Shown here: piece by piece, positions 20,330 to 29,565 of the stretch
Position numbering within the stretch: position 1 is the stretch's first letter
Layout of the letters: each line of letters opens with the position of its first letter
NCBI GenBank assembly: GCA_964502565.1
Contig: CAZCXA010000002.1
Location: 648 to 64,647, forward strand
Origin: an uncultured Pseudomonadales bacterium
Lineage (GTDB): Bacteria > Patescibacteriota > Microgenomatia > UBA1400 > PJMF01
Length of the DNA stretch: 64,000 nucleotides
Direction: 5' to 3'
Notes under the pieces: generated by a model
Databases searched by the model: none
The model's input: only the letters and a program-made list of their open reading frames with translations
What the model was told of the DNA's origin: nothing
Position numbers and translations under genes: made by a program

Positions 20330-20445
20330 CGAGCTTTCACTTTTTTTGAAACGACGAGGTTGCTAGACACTTGCTAGACACAACGAACACACTTTTTTGA
20401 AACGACGAGGTTGCTAAACACAACGCGCGCACCTTTTTATTTTTA
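20330..20445 (+). repeat. Intergenic direct repeats: two ~33-bp copies of cac(t)ttttttgaaacgacgaggttgcta(g/a)acac, plus ttgctagacac x2
   Basis: Read directly at 20338-20370 and 20388-20421. Followed by cgcgcgcacctttttatttt, which resembles the 3' end and trailer of tRNA-Ile at 18153-18175. Confidence 0.6.
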
Positions 20446-20494
20446 AACCTTAATCCATAATTGCTACTTTTGCTTATATTTCTATTTCTCAACT

Positions 20495-21580
20495 ATGCTA
20501 AACAAGCTCTCATCTTTTATCAAAAAACGCCATAAATTCATACTCCTAGCACTAATGATTGCGGTTGTTGCAATCTTTTTTGTTTGCCAAGAACACTCTC
20601 AGCAACCTGATCAAAACTTTGAACATCCTCAATATCGCGATATTGCTCAAACTTTAGATATTTCTGGTCAAGTAGATGCCAAACGTCGCGCGCGCCTGCG
20701 TTTTCTTGCCGGTGGCAAAATTACCTACCTAGGAGCTCAAGAGGGCGACTGGGTAAAACAATGGCAAACAATTGCCAATATTGATCAACGTGATTTGCAA
20801 AAAAGACTGGAAAAATCTCTTAATTTATATATGCAACAGCGCTGGGATTGGGAAGATTTACAAGACAATATTAAAGATGAGATTCTTGATACCTCAGAAC
20901 AACGCTATGTTGACAAACAACAATGGAACCTTAGTAACACTGTTCTGGATGTAGAGATTCAAGACATTGCTGTTTCTCAAGCCTCAATGTCTGCTCCCTT
21001 TGCTGGTATCTTGGTTTACCAACCGGTTAATAGCACTCACACCCAAGTCACAGCTAATGATTTTTTCGAGGTTGTTGATCCTCGGTCCTTAATCTTCAGA
21101 GCCGAGATCAATGAGGAAGATATAGCCTTAGTTTCAGTTAACCAATCGGCCAAGATTGCACTTGACGCTTACCCAAATGAAACATTATTTACTCAGGTTA
21201 GTTATATTGCTTATGTCAGCACTCAAACAACCGGTGGTAATATTTTTTATGTTGAGTTTCCGCTCGTTGTTGAAGGGGAAGGTGTGGACGCCATAGGTAA
21301 TACTGATTCTTACAATCAAGAAATCGGTAAAAACTTGCTTAATAAGTATCGCCTTGGCTTAAATGGTGAGGTTTTAATCGAGTTGGAAAGCAAATCAAAC
21401 GTCTTAACTATTCCCTTGATTGCCACCAAGTTCAGGGATGATGATGTTTTTGTAGATGTGCGCAATGACAGCGGTCTAGTTGAAGAACGAAAAGTTGAGA
21501 TTGGCCTTGAGTCAGATGAGTATGCTGAGATAATTTCTGGATTATCTGAATCAGATTTAGTGTTAATTCCAAAAATTTAA
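20495..21580 (+). CDS. HlyD-family periplasmic adaptor subunit (MacA-like)
   Basis: N-terminal TM, a long coiled coil, then a beta-rich C-terminal domain. Immediately upstream of the ABC ATPase and FtsX permease. Confidence 0.7.
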   Translation: MLNKLSSFIKKRHKFILLALMIAVVAIFFVCQEHSQQPDQNFEHPQYRDIAQTLDISGQVDAKRRARLRFLAGGKITYLGAQEGDWVKQWQTIANIDQRDLQKRLEKSLNLYMQQRWDWEDLQDNIKDEILDTSEQRYVDKQQWNLSNTVLDVEIQDIAVSQASMSAPFAGILVYQPVNSTHTQVTANDFFEVVDPRSLIFRAEINEEDIALVSVNQSAKIALDAYPNETLFTQVSYIAYVSTQTTGGNIFYVEFPLVVEGEGVDAIGNTDSYNQEIGKNLLNKYRLGLNGEVLIELESKSNVLTIPLIATKFRDDDVFVDVRNDSGLVEERKVEIGLESDEYAEIISGLSESDLVLIPKI

Positions 21581-21583
21581 GAG

Positions 21584-22348
21584 GTGCTGGCCCATTTCAG
21601 GCCCAGCCAAACTACAATGAAAAAAAAAGCTAACAAGATGGCGAACTCCCAACCCGTGCTTAAACTTGATAATGTTTGCAAAAGTTATCAACTGGGTACG
21701 CAACTCATTCGCGCCTTAGAATGCATTGACTTTACTATTAATGAAGGGGAGTTTGTGGCAGTAATCGGCCCTTCAGGCTCAGGCAAGTCAACTTTTTTGC
21801 AGGTGGCCAGCATGTTAGCTGAACCATCACAAGGTAAGATATTTCTCAAGGGTCAGGATGTGACTAGTTATAATGAAGTACAAAGAGCTCGTTTGCGCAA
21901 CCAAGAGATCGGGTTTATTTTTCAACAGTTTAACTTACTAGCTAGAACCAGCGCGCTTGACAATGTGGCCTTACCTTTGGTTTACGCTGGAGTTGAGATG
22001 TCTGAAAGGCATCAAAGAGCTGAGAGTTTGTTAAAAAAAGTTGGACTGGGAGATCGACTAAAAAACAAGCCTAACGAGCTCTCTGGCGGTCAACAACAAA
22101 GGGTGGCCATTGCTCGTGCCTTGATTAATGATCCCAGTATTATTTTTGCTGATGAGCCGACCGGTAACCTAGATTCAAAAACCAACAAGGAAGTTATGGG
22201 TTTATTACAACAGTTACATAAAGATGGTAGGACCATTATTTTGGTGACTCATGAACTTAACTTAGCAAAAACCGCACAAAGGATTATTACTTTGCGTGAT
22301 GGCCAACTATTAGCTGAATACAAGCCACCTTATAAATTTAAAGATTAA
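21584..22348 (+). CDS. ABC transporter ATP-binding protein (MacB/LolD-type); true start probably ATG 21617 or 21638
   Basis: Walker A GPSGSGKST, signature LSGGQQQRVAIARAL, Walker B IIFADEPT. Confidence 0.9.
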   Translation: MLAHFRPSQTTMKKKANKMANSQPVLKLDNVCKSYQLGTQLIRALECIDFTINEGEFVAVIGPSGSGKSTFLQVASMLAEPSQGKIFLKGQDVTSYNEVQRARLRNQEIGFIFQQFNLLARTSALDNVALPLVYAGVEMSERHQRAESLLKKVGLGDRLKNKPNELSGGQQQRVAIARALINDPSIIFADEPTGNLDSKTNKEVMGLLQQLHKDGRTIILVTHELNLAKTAQRIITLRDGQLLAEYKPPYKFKD

Positions 22349-22377
22349 AAACTAAAGGACTCCAATATCTTTCGCGC

Positions 22378-23592
22378 ATGAATTTTACCAACACTTTAGC
22401 CATCGCCATTAAAGCCATCTTTACCAATAAGGTTAGAAGCGCCTTGACAATGTTGGGGGTAATTATTGGTGTGAGTTCGGTTGTTATGTTAATTTCTTTA
22501 GGCAAGGGTTTGGAAGCCTTTGTTGTCCAATCTTTTGAAGATTTGGGCTCAAACAATATTTATATCACGCCAGGCAATCTGTTTAGTGAAGAAGGCGGTT
22601 TTAGCTCGATTCAAAACTCGGCACTGCGTGCTAAATCGTTCAGTTTTGATAAAACTGATGTTAAAGAGTTGCGCCGATTACGCCAATATGTTGAAAAGGT
22701 TGCTTATTATAATGCTCAATCTGACACGATTCGTTTTTTAACCAATACTAAACAAACCAGCATTATCGGCAGTAATGCTGACTACAATCAGGTTTTAATT
22801 ACAAGTTTAAATAAAGGACGCTGGTTTACCAACAGTGAGGATGAAAACGGAGAACGGGTGGTGGTGCTAGGTCATGAGGTTGCAGATGAGTTGTTTGGTA
22901 AAGTAGATCCTCTGAGTAAAAAAGTCAGAATCGGTGCTGTTACCTTTACCGTAGTCGGTGTGGCTGAAAAAAAGGGCGGTGGTTTTGGTGGGCCATCTTT
23001 TGATAATGTTATTTATATTCCCTTTGAAACTCTGTCTAGAATTTACAACACCAATGACATTATGGATATGACTGTTAAAAGTAGGGGTGATATAGAAATT
23101 GCCGACGCCATTACTGCTGTTGAAGCAAACATGCTAAAACGTTACAAAGATGATGAGTTTTCTGCATATGATCAAACTGAGATATTAAATGTTATTCAAG
23201 ATATACTAAGCATGATTACAATTACTCTGGGAGGGATTGCAGCCATCTCACTTTTGGTCGGAGGAATTGGTATTATGAACATTATGCTGGTGTCGGTTAC
23301 AGAGAGAACTAAAGAGATTGGTTTACGTAAAGCCCTGGGAGCAACTCCTAACCAAATCTTAATTCAATTTTTAATCGAGGCTGCTTTCTTGTCGATCCTA
23401 GGCGGTGTGATTGGTTTAGGTCTAGCCTTTGTTGGGTCTTTGGCTGTTCAGCCAATATTTCCAGCTAAAGTGACTATAGAATCTGTGTTGTTGGCGTTTG
23501 GAGTATCAACCGCGGTTGGGTTAATCTTTGGCGCTGCCCCTGCAAGCAGGGCATCGCGCTTATCACCGATCGAGGCGTTGAGATATGAATAA
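22378..23592 (+). CDS. ABC transporter permease (FtsX/MacB-type, 4 TM with a large periplasmic domain)
   Basis: MacB-like topology. C-terminal FtsX-like region ...GGIGIMNIMLVSVTERTKEIGLRKALGA... Confidence 0.85.
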   Translation: MNFTNTLAIAIKAIFTNKVRSALTMLGVIIGVSSVVMLISLGKGLEAFVVQSFEDLGSNNIYITPGNLFSEEGGFSSIQNSALRAKSFSFDKTDVKELRRLRQYVEKVAYYNAQSDTIRFLTNTKQTSIIGSNADYNQVLITSLNKGRWFTNSEDENGERVVVLGHEVADELFGKVDPLSKKVRIGAVTFTVVGVAEKKGGGFGGPSFDNVIYIPFETLSRIYNTNDIMDMTVKSRGDIEIADAITAVEANMLKRYKDDEFSAYDQTEILNVIQDILSMITITLGGIAAISLLVGGIGIMNIMLVSVTERTKEIGLRKALGATPNQILIQFLIEAAFLSILGGVIGLGLAFVGSLAVQPIFPAKVTIESVLLAFGVSTAVGLIFGAAPASRASRLSPIEALRYE

Positions 23593-23696
23593 AACAAATA
23601 AGGCAAGATAACAGGTCTGTTTTTATTATCTGTCTGTTTTCATTACCAGATCCGCGCTTTAAACTTTTAAGTTTGTAACTTATACTAGTCTTATTA

Positions 23697-24032
23697 ATGA
23701 AGTTAATTGGCAAGATTATCATCACCATCCTTGTTATTTTAGCCATACTTTACGGCATCTACTTTGCCGGCACCCAAGGCTGGCTAGTTAACACACCTCT
23801 TAAAGATCTTGATTACAACATGTTTAATTTTTTACAGCAAGAAAATTTAGAACAAACAAAGGTTTTAACCGACCGCGCAAAGGAAACTGGAGAACATGTC
23901 CAACAAATTCTTGGCGATCAAGTTGAGGTTGATGAAGATCAAGCTAAGAAACCACTTCATGAAAAAACGATTGAGTATGCTCGCTATTTGTACTGCAAGC
24001 AAGTTGTTGAGGATTGGGAAAATGAGGAATAA
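23697..24032 (+). CDS. Hypothetical membrane-anchored protein
   Basis: N-terminal TM. No motif recognised. Confidence 0.3.
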   Translation: MKLIGKIIITILVILAILYGIYFAGTQGWLVNTPLKDLDYNMFNFLQQENLEQTKVLTDRAKETGEHVQQILGDQVEVDEDQAKKPLHEKTIEYARYLYCKQVVEDWENEE

Positions 24033-24092
24033 AAATATTTACCAGTTTGTTTTCTTTTTTTAACAAGCTTGAGTCTTTAACCTTTTCTTTTT

Positions 24093-24647
24093 TTATTCTT
24101 TGCAACAATCAATTGCTTTGAGCACAAACTCGCCCATTTTTTCAAAGATACTGACTTTGCTTTTTACTTTAGGTTGATCATCCTCCGAGATCAACTCAAT
24201 CTCATCACTCGTCTCATGAGCGACATCCTTCACCTTAACTACCCCTAAATTTAATCCCCAAAATAAACTATATAGTTGATAAGATTTTTCAAACAACTCA
24301 GAAGCATCTTTTTTATCGCCTTTGGTTAAAGCCTTGGTACCAACCTCCATCACTCTCATTGAAGCAGCTAACAAATGTTTGCTAATGCACCACACCTCGC
24401 CTTCATAATCTTTAATAATGCGTTTAAGCAAGCTTTTGCGCATCTCGCGCACCTCATTTAATAAGTCTAGATATTTTTTATCTTTAGTTTTATTGTAGGT
24501 AAAAAAGAAATGCTCCTCGATAGAGATCAGGTTCATCACACCAATAGATAAATCTTCGTCAGAAGACAGATCAAGCTGATGACCTTTTTCCATTTTTTTT
24601 ACTTTATCAAGAAACTGCTGAATCTCTGACTGATTTGATTTTGACAT
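24093..24647 (-). CDS. Hypothetical protein (184 aa)
   Basis: ORF follows the CxxC-membrane gene on the same strand (13-nt gap). Confidence 0.35.
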   Translation of the reverse strand: MSKSNQSEIQQFLDKVKKMEKGHQLDLSSDEDLSIGVMNLISIEEHFFFTYNKTKDKKYLDLLNEVREMRKSLLKRIIKDYEGEVWCISKHLLAASMRVMEVGTKALTKGDKKDASELFEKSYQLYSLFWGLNLGVVKVKDVAHETSDEIELISEDDQPKVKSKVSIFEKMGEFVLKAIDCCKE

Positions 24648-24659
24648 ATTTGTAAACTA

Positions 24660-25178
24660 TTAATTGATAGAAAAATGCAAGATAAGACTGACAATCGACA
24701 GAAACAACACAGGTAAAATTACTTTTTGATAATAAATAAAAACCTGATCATTGTTAATCGACCGCAGATATAGATCAAGTTTTACAGATCCAGCAAAAAG
24801 AAAAGTTCCTATTACTATTCCAAAAATAATCTTGTCAATGCCAAAAATTTTGTTAGCTGGATCACCAACAATGCCTAAAAAGTAAAGGGTTAAAACTGAG
24901 AGCAGATACAAAAAACAGCCAGCAAACCATTCTTTTTTAAATAAGTTCCAGTTTTTGGATTTGGCCCAGTTTGCCAACCACATAGCGCTTGATAAAAACA
25001 AGCCACCAATCCATAATCCAGCAATGGTATCATCAATGCCCAGCCAACGAGTGACGCCTAATCCCGCACCAACAGCTACTGTACACGCTGGACACACCGC
25101 CCTCACCTGAGCCGGTAAAAACAAGCTGGTAAAAACTAATAAAAATAAGATTGATAATCTATTGAGTAACTTCTTCAT
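24660..25178 (-). CDS. Integral membrane protein with signal peptide and CPAC (CxxC) motif; possible membrane thiol-disulfide oxidoreductase partner
   Basis: Signal-like N-terminus, then AVCPACTVAVGAGLG and 4-5 TM helices. Overlaps the upstream thioredoxin-like gene by 20 nt. Confidence 0.4.
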   Translation of the reverse strand: MKKLLNRLSILFLLVFTSLFLPAQVRAVCPACTVAVGAGLGVTRWLGIDDTIAGLWIGGLFLSSAMWLANWAKSKNWNLFKKEWFAGCFLYLLSVLTLYFLGIVGDPANKIFGIDKIIFGIVIGTFLFAGSVKLDLYLRSINNDQVFIYYQKVILPVLFLSIVSLILHFSIN

Positions 25179-25758
25179 TTAACCCTTTTTCTTGTTCTTG
25201 TTCTTGTTCTTGGTCTTGGTCTTGTTCTTGGTCTTGTTCTTTTTCTTGGTCTTGTGTTAAGTTGATCTCTTCTTTAACAAGCTGATCTTCTTCTTGGACT
25301 AACTCAACTCGTTTTTGTAAATAATCAATAATCTCGATTTTTCCAATGTAGCATTCATCATGAACAAACAAAAAAGGAACACCAACTTGATTGGAATTAA
25401 TTCGGCAAGAAATCGCGGCTTGCTCTAGTTCTTTGGCATACTCTTTATTAAAAGTAACTTCCTTGATCTTGATGTTAATCTTTTCATCAATCGCGTTTTT
25501 TTTAATCCAGCTTTCTACTTCATGACAGAATTGACAGTTGGCAGAAAAGAAAATATTAATTTCAGACTCATTATTTTCAGCACTAATAGACTTAGATTGA
25601 TTATTAACTTGATCAACCGCGTTTTTTTGACCAAAAGAGTTGCTGGTTATCACGATCGTTCCGAGCAAGCCAACAATCACTAAAATAACTACGCCTGTAA
25701 ATAGATTTTTATTTTGCATAATGTTTGATATTATGAACAGCCGTTCATATATTTTCAA
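25159..25758 (-). CDS. Membrane-anchored thioredoxin/glutaredoxin-fold protein (CQFC active site) with a C-terminal E/Q/D repeat tail
   Basis: N-terminal TM. FFSANCQFCHEVESWIKK...VGVPFLFV resembles a glutaredoxin/NrdH-like CxxC fold. The tail is encoded by 6-bp repeats at 25192-25258. Confidence 0.55.
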   Translation of the reverse strand: MKIYERLFIISNIMQNKNLFTGVVILVIVGLLGTIVITSNSFGQKNAVDQVNNQSKSISAENNESEINIFFSANCQFCHEVESWIKKNAIDEKINIKIKEVTFNKEYAKELEQAAISCRINSNQVGVPFLFVHDECYIGKIEIIDYLQKRVELVQEEDQLVKEEINLTQDQEKEQDQEQDQDQEQEQEQEKGLNEEVTQ

Positions 25759-25793
25759 GCCTTGTTTTTTGTTTTTTTATACCGAGTTTACAA

Positions 25794-26120
25794 CTAGGTT
25801 GTGAGATCTATCTCAAAAAATAACTTCATTAACTGATCTCCGAACTTGGTGAGTCTATAATAAACCCTTTGACCATGTTTTTTATCAACCACTAGATTAG
25901 CCTCTCTTAAATCAGCTAAATGATGCGAGATTAAACTCTGCTCAAGTTTAACGATTGGTTGGAGCGCGCTTACACAAAGCTCCTGTTGACGTAGTAAACA
26001 CATTAACTTGAGTCGATTTTTTTCCGCAACTATCTTAAACAATGAAGACAACTCGTTCATTTTGTTGCAGGCGCACTCGTTTTTAGGATAAGTACAAAAG
26101 TCGCATGAATCCATATTCAT
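25794..26120 (-). CDS. ArsR/SmtB-family transcriptional regulator with a Cys-rich N-terminus
   Basis: HTH region LCVSALQPIVKLEQSLISHHLADLREANLVVDKKHGQRVYYRL. N-terminal CDFCTYPKNECAC. Confidence 0.7.
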   Translation of the reverse strand: MNMDSCDFCTYPKNECACNKMNELSSLFKIVAEKNRLKLMCLLRQQELCVSALQPIVKLEQSLISHHLADLREANLVVDKKHGQRVYYRLTKFGDQLMKLFFEIDLTT

Positions 26121-26206
26121 ATATTATAGAGAAATGACACAGAGTGTCTATAACTAAAAAAGTTCTCACTGAAAAAATGAGTTGATCTTTAATCTTAACT
26201 TATTTG

Positions 26207-28549
26207 CTACAACCTTGCTCTCACTGCCATCTCTGCCTCGATCACCTCTTTATCCTTACCATACTTTAACCGAGACAGCTCTCTAATCATCTCAGCCAAC
26301 TTCGGATTCATCTGCGCCTCGATCTTTGCAATATCTTTTTCCAAAGACACGCTAAAGGGAGTCATTGGCTCATTGTCTACAATGGTCTTCATGTACACAT
26401 GGTATTTTTCAACATTGGTGAGGTCGGTCTCGGTAAAAACAGGCGTGAACTCATGTTGCAAAAAGTTGGCATCGGTGACACCAATTCGAAACGAAACCAT
26501 GGTGCCCACGTTGCCAAAGACAGCATTTTTTACATCTTCATCAATCTGACCAATATATTGATTAGCTACAATTAAGTTAAGCTTGTACTTGCGAGCCTCT
26601 GATAAAATCACAGCAAAATCTTCTGTGGCATAGTTTTGAAACTCATCAACATATAAGAAAAAATCTTCGCGTTTTTCCATGGGCATATCAGCTCTACTCA
26701 TGGCAGCAGTCAAGATTTTAGGCACCAAGATCAAACCCAAAAACTTAGCATCTTCCTCGCCCAACACACCTTTGGATAAATTACACAGCAAGATCTTTTT
26801 TTCATCCATTGCTTTTCTAAAATTAAACGCGCTTTTGGGCTGACCAATAATATTTCGCATGGTTTTGTTGGTCACAAATCGACCAAACTTGGACACAATG
26901 TAATCCAATACCTCAGACTTATGGAAATCACTGGTTTGAGCGATTTGGTCGGTCCAGTAACGCTTTACCACCGGGTCTTTAATATAAGGCAAGGTTTCTA
27001 CAACAAAGTTTTCATCAGTTATAATACGTACCACCTCAATAAAGGTGGAGTTTTCTCGACTCATCACCGATAACATGGCATTACGAATCGCGTGCTCAAA
27101 ACGCGGACCAATAATACCGGTCCGATGCGGATCATATAACTTATACATCAAGTTAATAATCGAGCTCACCACAAAATGTTGCTCCTGTTCTGAATAAGCC
27201 TCCATAATATTTAAGCCCATGGGACGTTCTCTATCAGAAGGATTAAAATAGATCACATCCTCGGCTCTCTCAGGAGGCATCAGCTCTAAAATATCTTCAA
27301 CAAAATCACCGTGAGGATCGATCGCGGCCACACCCTTACCTTCTTCAATATCCTGCAAGATCATCTGCTTTAAAAACTCTGATTTTCCAGTACCGGTTTT
27401 ACCAACAATATACATGTGGCGTCGGCGATCATTTAACTTCATATACACCTTGCGTCGCTCGCCTCGATAATAAGACTCACCAATAAATAAACCCTCGTCA
27501 GGAATTTCTTGAGGCGCTGGGGCATTTTTAGCGGTCAGCCACTTAATGTGGTGGGTCTCAACGGTTTTGTTGGGAAAATGAAAAACGGTTGCCAACTCTG
27601 CCGTGCTTAAGATGCTTGTTTTGAACTTAAACAAAGGCATATATCGATAGATAAAATCAATCACAAACAGATGCTTGATCAAAACCTTGGTTTTTTTAAA
27701 CTTGTTGTAGGCGGAGGTAAACTGAGCAAAAGCACCGGTTATATTTCCTAAGTGAGTTTCTGCCTCGTCATTTGTAGAAGCAGATACCACTATCCTGATA
27801 GAGGTACGAAAGCCTGGATGCGACACCTGATCACTAATAGCCTCCATTTCCTTAGGATCATGGTCATAACTTGCTTTCTCTGGATCAGCCTCTTTTTTCT
27901 TTTTTTCAGTAATATAAGAACGGCCTTTTTTTTGCCACTTACCTGGCACTGGTTGAATTAAAATCTGCAAAACCCCGCCTTCTGTTTCTCGCATTTTGGA
28001 CATGGCAGTGGTGATTAAAGACATACCATCAGTGGGCAAATCTTTGTAAATCTCTGCTGGATGATAATCCGCACTATCTTTTTTTAAACTTGCAAAGGCG
28101 ACTCGACCGTCTTCATTAAAAATATTAACCTCATCAACTTCTTTAATATATGCCTGGGGATAAGCGCCGTTAATCTGCTTCTCAACATGATCTTGAATCT
28201 TGCGCGAACAACTCACATAAAAAGCAATCTCTTCTTTTAAAGCCACGATCTCGAACGCCACAATATCCTGCGATCTAGTTAAAGAAAAACCACTTTTATT
28301 AAGTGAGTAAAGCCCAGCAAACATCTGCTCGGCTGCATCGATTTTAATCTCATTATCTTTGGGCAGTTTTACTAATAAAGTGACAAAACTGAGAGCATAA
28401 TCTTGACGTTTACGATTTTTAAGCCACTGTAAAATCATGTAGGTGAAGGCTACTAAAATAGCCAACAAAACCACACCCAAGATTAAACTAAATAAAATCA
28501 CGGTGAGTTGTGAGATGAGTTGGTTAGAAGCTTCGGTGGTGATCTGCAT
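26207..28549 (-). CDS. Membrane-anchored T4SS coupling-protein-like ATPase (VirD4/TraG/TraD family) with an unusual ~330-aa N-terminal domain
   Basis: N-terminal TM. Walker A GKTGTGKS. Walker B region FFLYVDEFQNY. Overall TraG/VirD4-like C-terminal ATPase. Confidence 0.55.
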   Translation of the reverse strand: MQITTEASNQLISQLTVILFSLILGVVLLAILVAFTYMILQWLKNRKRQDYALSFVTLLVKLPKDNEIKIDAAEQMFAGLYSLNKSGFSLTRSQDIVAFEIVALKEEIAFYVSCSRKIQDHVEKQINGAYPQAYIKEVDEVNIFNEDGRVAFASLKKDSADYHPAEIYKDLPTDGMSLITTAMSKMRETEGGVLQILIQPVPGKWQKKGRSYITEKKKKEADPEKASYDHDPKEMEAISDQVSHPGFRTSIRIVVSASTNDEAETHLGNITGAFAQFTSAYNKFKKTKVLIKHLFVIDFIYRYMPLFKFKTSILSTAELATVFHFPNKTVETHHIKWLTAKNAPAPQEIPDEGLFIGESYYRGERRKVYMKLNDRRRHMYIVGKTGTGKSEFLKQMILQDIEEGKGVAAIDPHGDFVEDILELMPPERAEDVIYFNPSDRERPMGLNIMEAYSEQEQHFVVSSIINLMYKLYDPHRTGIIGPRFEHAIRNAMLSVMSRENSTFIEVVRIITDENFVVETLPYIKDPVVKRYWTDQIAQTSDFHKSEVLDYIVSKFGRFVTNKTMRNIIGQPKSAFNFRKAMDEKKILLCNLSKGVLGEEDAKFLGLILVPKILTAAMSRADMPMEKREDFFLYVDEFQNYATEDFAVILSEARKYKLNLIVANQYIGQIDEDVKNAVFGNVGTMVSFRIGVTDANFLQHEFTPVFTETDLTNVEKYHVYMKTIVDNEPMTPFSVSLEKDIAKIEAQMNPKLAEMIRELSRLKYGKDKEVIEAEMAVRARL

Positions 28550-28743
28550 AGATTAAAACTCAAAGATAATATTAAGTGTTTAGCAACGTATTTTCCAGAT
28601 AATATTTGGTAAAGTATTTTGTTAAATACATAATGTTTTGTTCAATCTATAGTAAAACAAGTTTTTAAAACATGATCAGTTAACCTCGCACTCTTTTTTA
28701 AATCTGGGTAAACACTTAATGCTAAATATTATCCTAAATATTT

Positions 28744-29466
28744 TTATACCTGCTCCTCTCGATATACTACCTTGCCTTGAAACATCTTGATAATCTTTTG
28801 ACTCCATTCTACCAACCAACGAATACTAAACTTGACACTTTTTCTTTTTCCTTTCTTTTGAATTTCTGGAGTAATAGGTAAGACTACTACTCTTTCTGAC
28901 ACGTATTGATCGTCTGATGCCATGCTGTCCTGAGCATCTGCAATAACAATCTCCTTTGGCGCGGTCTCTTCTTTTTGCACTTGTTGAATAAAACTTTCTA
29001 CTTCAGGAGACAGCTCAGGACTTTTTTCTTCTTCCACAAACTGAATACTCGGGGCTTGTTCTGTCAAGTTAAGCCCTCTTCCCTCAACCGTTTCTTTGCG
29101 TGAGGCCGGCATCGGTGCAGACTGAGTTGATTGCGCAGAGCCGTTCAAACCAGATTGATTGGTTAAATCTTGAGTTTGGTCAACTGACACTGCTTGAGCA
29201 TTTTTATCAATATTTTTATCAAGGTTTTCCCTTAAAACCGGCTCTTTTTGAGCGCTCTCAACCTCATCCATAACCTCCTCTAGTAACTTTAACTTATCGG
29301 TTGTAGTAATTTCAGATGGCGCAGTTGGGTTTAGTTGATCAGCGGAGACTTGAGAAGTTGGCTCAGGTTGTTGCTCTACGTCATGGTGAACACCTATGGC
29401 TGAGGGCGTGATTAAAAACTCTTTAATCTTTTGCTGAAATTCTTGGGCAAGGCGGTGTTGAGACAT
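28744..29466 (-). CDS. Hypothetical acidic, largely disordered protein (240 aa)
   Basis: Low-complexity E/Q/S/T-rich sequence. Immediately upstream of the coupling-protein-like gene on the same strand. Confidence 0.35.
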   Translation of the reverse strand: MSQHRLAQEFQQKIKEFLITPSAIGVHHDVEQQPEPTSQVSADQLNPTAPSEITTTDKLKLLEEVMDEVESAQKEPVLRENLDKNIDKNAQAVSVDQTQDLTNQSGLNGSAQSTQSAPMPASRKETVEGRGLNLTEQAPSIQFVEEEKSPELSPEVESFIQQVQKEETAPKEIVIADAQDSMASDDQYVSERVVVLPITPEIQKKGKRKSVKFSIRWLVEWSQKIIKMFQGKVVYREEQV

Positions 29467-29565
29467 ACTCTCTAATCATACTATACAAAAGGTTAAAAGT
29501 TAAAATTCAAAAGTTGATGCTGAGATTTTTACTGAGTGGCAAAAGTTATCATCAGGGTGAAAAAG

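Noticed and set aside
20330-20445. CRISPR array
   Set aside because: Only two repeat copies, separated by non-uniform AT-rich spacer, and no cas genes in the window. No other regularly spaced repeat-spacer structure was seen anywhere.
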